A stretch of 64,000 nucleotides of DNA from Eledone cirrhosa. Taxonomy: Eukaryota. The notes beneath the pieces were generated by a model, which saw nothing but the letters and a program-made list of their open reading frames with translations, had not been told where the DNA came from and made no database searches. The stretch is taken from the NCBI GenBank assembly GCA_964016885.1, contig OZ024743.1:255378001-255442000 (forward strand), given 5' to 3'. A program made the translations under genes and the position numbers. Positions 55,506 to 64,000 of this stretch are shown in pieces (position 1 is the first letter of the stretch; every line of letters starts with the position of its first letter).

Positions 55506-58500
55506 CAGACAGATAGACAGAGAGGGACCAGCAAATTATAGTTAACGTTCAGTCACGTGTTATATATCTTTGATCTGTCGTCGCTCGCATAGCACACACA
55601 CACACACATACACACGACACTTTTATAAAGCTGAGCGTCGTGTGTGTGTATGTATGTATGTATGTATGTATGTATGTATGTATGTATGTATCCTATACAC
55701 CTCCCTATACTATTTAACATAAAATACTTTTATATCCATCTCTTAGTGAAGCATTTCCAATTCATTATACGTAAACAATGACATGAATTTTTCACTTTTA
55801 GCTTAGCATTTTACATTCAATGCCTCCCTTTTTTAATGCAACTTTTTATTGAAACGACTACGTGCTCTCAGTGGTTCAGTATTTAACCTAAAGTATTTTT
55901 ACACTGCTTCTATCGTATCGTTATACGATATGCCTAACCGAAAACGACCAGCATTTTCTTCTAAACGAAATAAAGCCCTTAAATTGCGAAGAATGGAAGC
56001 GCTTAGGCAGGTATGTTTTTTATCGATATCCTTTGCTATTTTGCTTCTTTTATCTCCATAAAAATATTATTTCTATTTTGAGAAGTTGTAAAACAGTAGT
56101 GGCCGAGTTAAAGCATTCAGGTTTTTTTCAACTCCAGGAGACATCGGAGGCAAGGGAGGCCTATCTTTCTGCCCAGCGCGATCAGCGCCAACGCTCACGT
56201 CTTGAGGAGACTCCGGAGGCAAGGGAGGACCGTCTTTCTGATCAGTGCACTCGAAACCAACTCTCACTTCTCGACGAGTCTCCGGGTGCAAGGGAGGACC
56301 GTTTTCTGACCAGCACACTCGACGTCAAGTAGACGGCGTAAACGTCAAGAAAATGCTGCTACTACAAGGGACACTTTTTGCTTAAAAGCTGGCTTTAACT
56401 ACAATCCTTCTGATGATTACACCAATCACCCGGATTTGGCTCTTGGAAAAATGGATAAGGTATGTCAGTCCTGTGGGGCTAAGAAGTGGGTCGGTGAGGC
56501 TCCAGGTCTTTGCTGTTCGGGGGGAAAATTTCGACTTCAGGCGCTGGCTGATCCTCCTGATTTGCTGCAAAATCTTCTCATTGGTAACTCTGACCACGGA
56601 GTGAAGTTTCGCAAAAGCATTTGGAGATACAATTTATGCTTCGCTATGAAATCATTTGGTGTAAGAGATGGCAGAAACAACAAAAAGAACAACAACAACA
56701 ACAACAACACCGGTGTCGCCAGCAATTGTGACAACAACGAAGAAAGAAAGAAAGGAAAACTTTACACCTACAAAATTCAAGGTCAGTGTTACCACCTAAT
56801 GGGAAGCCTTCACCCACAGCTAGGCGAGGAGCCTAAATTCCTCCAGGTATTCTTCATGGGCGGGAATGATGAGAAAGTTTCCCAAAGATGCAAGATCAAT
56901 TCATCTGTTGATGGGAACATTGTTGCGGAACTTCAAACTATGCTCCATGCAACCCATCCGTACGTCCGTGACTTGAAGAGTGCTTTGGAGCTTTTGGGCT
57001 CTAGAAATGAGATAACATTGGTCATCAGAGCTGACAGACGCCCTGCGGGTGGGCATCCTGGATGTTTCAACGCTCCAACTACCAACGAGGTAACAGCACT
57101 CATGGTTGACGAAAATCATGGTGCACATGACATCATCATTCAGCATCGCAATAACAGACTGACGTTCGTTGCAGAAACCCATCGGTCGTACGATTGCTTG
57201 CAGTACCCTCTTCTTTTTTCCTACGGCGAGGACGGCTACAACTTCGCGATTCCCACAATTGATCCGAAAAGTCTTGCTGCTTTACCAAAGAAAGTTTCCA
57301 GCGTGGATGTTTATGCATACAGACTCATGATCAGAGACGGTCAATTCAACCGACTACTTAGGTTCAAAGAGGTGACAAACCAGTTCTTGGTTGATATGTA
57401 CGCAAATATTGAAGCGGAACATCTTCTGTGCATAGTACCCACCAACAAGAACTAAGAGGGGTTCAATACGCTCATCTTAAGGATGCTTTGCAGCGTGATG
57501 GTGGCGCAACCAATGTTGGGCATCAGGTGATCCTTCCTTCAAGCTTTAGTGGCTCACCCGGTACATGCATAAACGGACACAGGATGCCATGGCGTATGTC
57601 CGTAAATTTGGGTGGCCGGATCTTTTTATTACCTTCACATGTAATCCTAATTGGGTGGAGATTAAGGAGAATTTATTTGCGGGCCAGGTGACGAGTAACA
57701 GGCATGATATTACAGCCAGAGTGTTCCACGGAAAGTTGAAGAAACTAATGTGCTTGCTGAAAGATCTACGGACATCTCAGTGCTTGGATGTATACTGTGG
57801 AATGGCAGAAGCGGAGTCTTCCACATGCACATATTCTTATATGGTGCAAAGAACGAATCAGACCTACGGACATTGATCGCGTTATATGTGCAGAGTTGCC
57901 CGATCTCCAAATTGATTTGCAGCTTTACAACATTGTGTTGGCTAATATGATACATGTACCCTGCGGTGCCCTTAACAGCCAAAATGCATGCATGGAGGGG
58001 TACAAGTGCACCAAACACTACCCAAGAGCCTTCACCAGGGAAACTTGCACTGGGGTTGACGGCTACCCCATCTACCGGCGGCGTGCTCCCGATTTTGGCG
58101 GCCTTTCGGCTAGGATTAAGAAGAAAAGGAAAGCATACAACATTGACAACAGCTGGGTGGTGCCTTACAGCCCTTTGCTTGCTAAAGTTTTAATGCTCAC
58201 ATCAATGTGGAGTCCTGCACATCTGTTAAAAGCATTAAATAAATCTGCAAATACATCAACAAATGCGGCGACATGGCGGTGGTTGGCCTCAGTGATGGCG
58301 TAGAAAGACGAAATTACTCAGTTCATGATGGGAATATACATTTCGTCCAATATGGCAGCTTGGCGCATTTTGGGGCTTGAAATTCACCGGTGCTCTCCAG
58401 CAGTTGTTAACTTGGATGTTCATTTAGAGAATGGTCAACGCGTTTATTTCACTGAAGAAACCACATCGGCTGCTGTCGAACAGCCACCTGAGACGACGCT

Positions 58501-60669
58501 TACAGAATTTTTTAAGCTATGTTCTGTCGATACGTTTGCAGTTACCCTTTTTTACGTCGATATACCTACCTACTTCACTTGGTCGAACAAAAAATGGCAT
58601 CGGCGGCGACAAGGGGAAACATTTGAGGATTGGGTAGGTGTCTTCAAAAGTAATGCCATCGGACGCGTGTACAATGTTCATCCAAAGCAACAAGAATGCT
58701 TTTTCCTGCGAATGTTGCTGCATCAAATCAAAGGCCCAAGTCATTCGCCGACCTAAGACTTTTCGATGGCCACATTTGTTCCAGTTACAGGGACGCGTGC
58801 GTGAAGCACGGGCTACTCGAGGATGATGCCCACCTGAACGTAGCGTTGACAGAGGCTGCTGAATGTAAGATGCCTCGAGAAATAAGATGTCTGTTTTGCA
58901 TAATGCTATTGTTCTGCGGCATAGGTGAGCCCCTTAAGCTTTGGCAAACGCATAAATACAACATGTCTACGTAGACTACGAGCAGGAGATCCAGTGGCTG
59001 GCTTTGCTTTCAATGACACGGTGTACAATGAGGCCCTCATCGACATGGACAACCATCTTAAAGCTCTTGGAGTTGGCAGTGTATCTGATTTCGGTTTGCC
59101 ACAACCTCGAAACACTCACAGTGCTTTAGATGTGGAGTTCATGCATGAGTTAAATTACAACATTGACGATATGACACATCAGGTAGCTCAGGACGAACCC
59201 AGACTTTTGCATGACCAGAGACGGGCATATGACAGAATTCTCTCCAGTGTCAATTCAAATGAGGGACGGCTATTTTTCGTGGATGTTCCTGGCGGAACAG
59301 GAGAAACTTTTCTCATCAAACTTTTGCTTGCGAAGCTACGAAAAGACAAGCGGATTGCTTTAGCCGTCGCCTCCAGTGGTATTGCGGCGACACTGTTACA
59401 TAGCAGTCATACGGCACACTCCGCATTCAAATTGCCTTTGGACATTGCAAAGAAAGAGAATCCTACATGTAGAATAGATCGTGGTGACCCTAAAGCACAT
59501 CTTCTTTCTGAGTGCTGCCTGATCATATGGGACGAGGCAACCATGAGTCACAAGGCGGCTTTTGAGGCTCTGGATTGAACTCTCAAGGACTTGCGTCGGA
59601 ACTCATGCGTCATGGGTGGAGCGACAGTACTGCTGGCTGGCAATTTCCGACAGACTCTTCCTGTTATCACTAGAGGCACTAGAGTTGACGAAGTGAACAC
59701 GTGCATCAAGTCGTCCTACGTATGGCAGTATGTCCACAAACTACATCTGACTACCATCATGAGAGTGCATGTGCATGGTGACGCAGACTCCATCGATTTC
59801 TCAAAACATCTACTGGAAGTTGGTAATGGAACTACACCTGGAGTGGATGAAGAGCATAACCGTTTGCCTTTTGGGAACTTTGTGTCAAACATTGACGAAT
59901 TAATGTCATCTGTATTTCCTGATCTTGAATCACGATAACATGATCACACCTGGCTGAAAGGGACAGCTATTTTGGCACCACACAATGTCACTGTTGACGT
60001 GATGAACCAAAAACTACTGAATCAGATTCCCGGAAATGAAGTCTCCTTCAAGTCAATTGACACCAATAAAAACGAGGACGACGCCGTCATCTACCCAATT
60101 GAATTCCTCAACAGTCAACTACCTCCAGGACTTCCTCCTCATGATCTGAAACTGAAGGTTGGTGTGCCAGTTATGCAGCTGAGAAACCTGAATGCACCAG
60201 AACTATGCAACGGAACGCGTTTAATCAGAAAAAAAAATAAAGTCCCAAATTCTGGAGACAACCATTTTGAGCCGACCCGCTGCTAGCATGATCAGGTTAA
60301 TTACCCCTATGAGCCTTAATCCCTCTGACGTCCCCTATTGAATTTACGCGACGGTAAGTTTCCCATAAAACTATGCTTTGAAATGAGCATTAACAAGGCA
60401 CAAGGACAATTGCTGTAAATGGTTGGCCTAAATCTAACACAGCAGGTATTTGCCCGACTATATGTCGGATGCTCCCGCGTCGGCAGTCCACACAATCTCT
60501 TCATTTGTGGTAACCCAGGCAACACCAGAAGCCCTGCAATAACATCTTTGAACCCTACTCCACCCAACGTCTCTCTGTCAAACCACTATCTTCACGTCAC
60601 CCCTCAACTTATTAACTTAATAAAAAGTGGCCCCAAGTAGCCCCGAGTGCAACTGGGCTCAGCTGCTAG
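55089..60669 (+). mobile_element. Full-length, decayed Helitron
   Basis: 5' A|TCTATTATATAAA; 3' hairpin GCCC..GGGC then CTAG|T; internal RepHel remnants. Confidence 0.92.
56130..60510 (+). pseudogene. Helitron RepHel (HUH Rep + Pif1-family helicase), multiply frameshifted
   Basis: CQSC..CCSGG; YDCLQYPLLF; LPSSFSGSP; PDLFITFTCNP; VEWQKRSLPHAHIL; IK*ICKY; VHLENGQ; GGTGETF (Walker A K to E); IIWDEA; GNFRQTLPV; LRNL..LCNGTRL; INKAQGQ; LYVGCSRV. Confidence 0.93.
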
Positions 60670-61069
60670 TATATATATATAGTGTGTGAATGAAGAAACT
60701 GAGCTAGTGTAATAAGTGTGGAAGATAGTTAGGAGGAGACAGACAGTGGGGGAAGGAGGTGGCAGAAGCTGACTGAAAGACAGCATTATTTACGATTGGC
60801 AGTATTAGTAGAGGGTCGGACGCCATGCTTTGACGCATTCTGAGTTCAAATCCCGCCGAGGTTAACTTTGCCTTTCATCCTTATGGGGTCGATAAAATAA
60901 AGTACCAGTAATACACTGGGTAATTGCTGGCCTTGTGCCAAAAGTAGAAAAAATTATTTACAAAAGAGACAGGAAATAAATAACAATGGTGTAGTGACAT
61001 TAATTCATGTCTTATTTATGGAGAATAGTTTAATTTTAGACACTTTTAAAGCTAAACTAAATTGACTAT

Positions 61070-61790
61070 TGAGGAGGAGGATGGTACAATGGTGATGATG
61101 ATAATGAAAGTGATGATGGTGGGGAGGACGATGCTGGTGAAAATGAAAGTGATTATGGTGGTGGTAATGATGTTGATGAGTGTTGAGAATGGTCATATTA
61201 ATGATAAGGAAAATGATGATTATGGTGATGATGGCGATAGTGATGGTGATGATAGTGATTATGAAAATGATGATAATGGTGATGATGATGTTCACTGTGG
61301 TAATGGTGATAGAAATTATAGTGATTATGGTGGTGATGTTGATGTTGATGATGATGGTGGTTGTGATGACAATCGTAATGGTAATGATAATCGAAATGAT
61401 GTTAATTATGGTGATGTTGATGATGATGATAAGGATTGTGGCAGGCATGGGGCTCTAGGAGGGGTTCAGGGTTATGGAAATGATAATGTATGCGATGATG
61501 ATGGTGCTTTTGATGATCTTGGTGTTGGTGATGATGGTGGTGATGATAACGATGTCGGTAATGATGACAGTAGTGATGGTGGTGGTGGTGGTGGTGGTGG
61601 TTGTGGTGGCAATAGTTGTGTTACTGGAGTTGTTGTTGCTGATAGTGATGCTGTGGTTGTGGTTGGTTGTCATGATGGCGGCAGTGGTTGTATTGCTTGA
61701 GTTGTTGTTAGTGGTGGTGCTGATGGTGGTGTTGCTCTTATAAGTAATGGTGGTGGTGGTGGTGGCAATGGTGACAGCGCTATTAAATGA
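61070..61790. repeat. Degenerate (GAT/GGT/GTT)n trinucleotide tract
   Basis: Directly visible; gives low-complexity ORFs in several frames. Confidence 0.9.
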
Positions 61791-62584
61791 TGGCTGGTAA
61801 ATTCATTTTTGTTCATTTTTTTACTCCTTTCAATATTACATTATGTCCAGTCTATATGTTTTTTCAATTTATCCATTTCATAGTGAGTTTCCATAAAACT
61901 TCTCTCTACTTTTACTTATGTCTTAATCAATTGAATGTATAAATTAATTTCATGCTACATTTAACTTACAAATTACTTTTTTCAATAAATGATTTGAAAA
62001 AAGTACTTCTGTAAAAAAAGCCATGTATATATACATATATAACTTTATAAGTATATGTATCTATCTCTATCTATCTATATATGTAAATATGCATGTATGA
62101 TATATACATATATATATATATGTATCTCACTCTTTCTCTCTATATATATACACACACAGACACACACATATATATATATTCATTTATTATAGCTAAGCAG
62201 TGAGAAGTTTTTCTCAGGAGTTTCACTTGTGCACTCACAGGATCATCAGACACGATGTCTAATGATCCTGCATGTGTGCAAGTTAAACTCCAGAGTAACA
62301 AATCTCACTGCTTTGCCATTATAAATGAATATTTAAACTCTACTTTGATATTGAGTACATTTGCTCACATCTGTCAATAAGATACAATAACTGTTTCTGC
62401 TTTAGGCACAAGGCCAGCAATTACCCAGTGCATTACTGGTACTTTATTTTATCGACCCCGTAAAGATGAAAGGCAAAGTCAACCTCGGCGGGATTTGAAC
62501 TCAGATCGTAAAGGGACGTAACTATGCTGGAGAGCATGGCGTCCGACCCTCTACCGATACTGCCAATCCATAAGACACAATAAC

Positions 62585-63240
62585 AAGAACTAAGAAGACT
62601 TGGGATGAGTGATAAAAGCTGAACTTGCACAATTGCACCTCTGGAAAGCAATGATACAGGATCAAGATCTCTGGCATTATGCAGTAATACAGAATACCTG
62701 CCTTCCCATGTGCATGGATTGAAGCATACACCTTGTATGCACCACTTTCCACTCCCCCTTCCATACACCTCCACATCCTAACACTCTTCCCTTCCTCCAT
62801 GTCCCTCCCCCTCTTGCACATCCCATGTCCTAACACTCCACCCATGCCCAAACACTCAGCTTCTCACACACATTCCTAGATCTACCTCCCAAATTCTCCC
62901 ACACCTCCCTGTACACAAGTACCCTGGCCACACTGTAAAGTAGTCATGATGACAAAACGACAAAAAGTGCCCAGTAAAGTGGTTGTGTAGGTGAGACAGC
63001 AAAAAGCACCCAATCCACACTGCTGTAAAGTTATTGTGTAGGTGTCACAACAAAAGGCACCTAGCACACAATGTAAATATGGTTGGTGTTAGGAAGGGCA
63101 TCCAGCCATAGAAACCAAGCCAAATCCAGTTCTGTATGAGCAAGACACACTCATTTGATCTGGCTTGTCTCACAATGGAGCAACTCATCTAACCTATGCT
63201 AGCGTAGAAAAATGGATGTTAAACGGTAGTGAGGATGATA
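62585..63240 (+). mobile_element. RTE 3' end and UTR, flanked by minus-strand Meta-like SINEs (62390-62570, 63241-63433)
   Basis: KTWDE*..DQDLWHYAVI then GGTGTTAGGAAGGGCATCCAGCC..GTTAAACGGT. Confidence 0.8.
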
Positions 63241-63499
63241 ATAATTGTTTCTACTTTTGGCACAAGGCCAGCAATTATCTAGTGTATTACTGGTACTTTA
63301 TTTTATCGACCCTGTAAGGACGAAAGGCAAAGTTAACCTCGGCGGGATTTGAACTCAGACCATAAAGGTCTGTAACTCTTTACTGCAAAGCATGGTGTCC
63401 GACTCCCTACCGATACTGGCCAATCCACCGCCCTGAGGATGATAACAATATATGTATGTTTGTCTGTCTGTCTCCATATATGTATATCTGTATATTTAT

Positions 63500-63965
63500 C
63501 TGTAGAATGGAGAATGATAGAGAATGACCTGATGAAACTCTCCTTTTCACACAAAGAATCTTAGAAATTTTTGGCTTGAAAAGATCTCCAATAAGAAATT
63601 TGCTACATAAATGCCAACATGAGAATATGTCAGCAATCCTTTTCAGAAGAAGATGGAAGTGGATAGGGCATGTTCTCAGAAGAGAGCAAGACAGCATCCC
63701 AAGAACAGCTCTTCACTGAACACCAGAAAGCAAGCAAAAATGAGGAAGGCCAAAAACCACCTGGCACAAAACAGTTGAGGGAGAGATGAAAACCTGGCAA
63801 CACATATGAAGCTCTATCAAGAACCTAGGCATAATGGGCATAATGAGCAGTAGATAAAATATGAGAATTGCCTGTTTTCTGTCTGTGGAGTTCAACAATA
63901 GGTAAATTTGCACCAACAGAACCTGGACAAGCAGATAAAATAGACAATAAATGATGATGATAATG
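63500..63965 (+). mobile_element. Degraded RTE 3' fragment, distinct subfamily
   Basis: RRRWKWIGHVLRREQDSIPRTALH*TPE..GRPKTTW. Confidence 0.82.
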
Positions 63966-64000
63966 ATGTTGTTGATTTGGTTATGTATTCTTTATAATGG

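Noticed and set aside
61005-61743. Asp/Gly-, Ile/Thr- and Met/Val-rich ORFs
   Set aside because: Open in several frames because of a degenerate trinucleotide repeat; no splice or domain support.

Overview
This is AT-rich, repeat-saturated eukaryotic DNA; the SINE/LINE repertoire and long (TA)n tracts suggest a cephalopod such as Octopus (inference). I found no convincing host protein-coding gene. The window is a mosaic of RTE LINEs (with a PHD finger inserted in the RT region), CR1-group LINEs, a decayed Penelope element, a decayed full-length Helitron plus a non-autonomous one, a DD37D (maT) mariner remnant, two tRNA-derived SINE families and microsatellites. The standout is an 8.1-kb array (8922-17061) of a near-identical 424-bp unit. 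Every unit carries a type I hammerhead ribozyme motif (CUGACGA..GAAA..GUA) with a palindromic, dimer-type stem III, so it is a candidate non-LTR retrozyme/circRNA array. It is arranged as a giant head-to-head palindrome whose inversion point falls inside the ribozyme core. A second hammerhead family (317-nt unit, two copies, canonical core) sits next to the Penelope element. Several small fold-back hairpins containing hammerhead-core remnants are scattered through the window. All structures were read by eye; no folding or database search was run.
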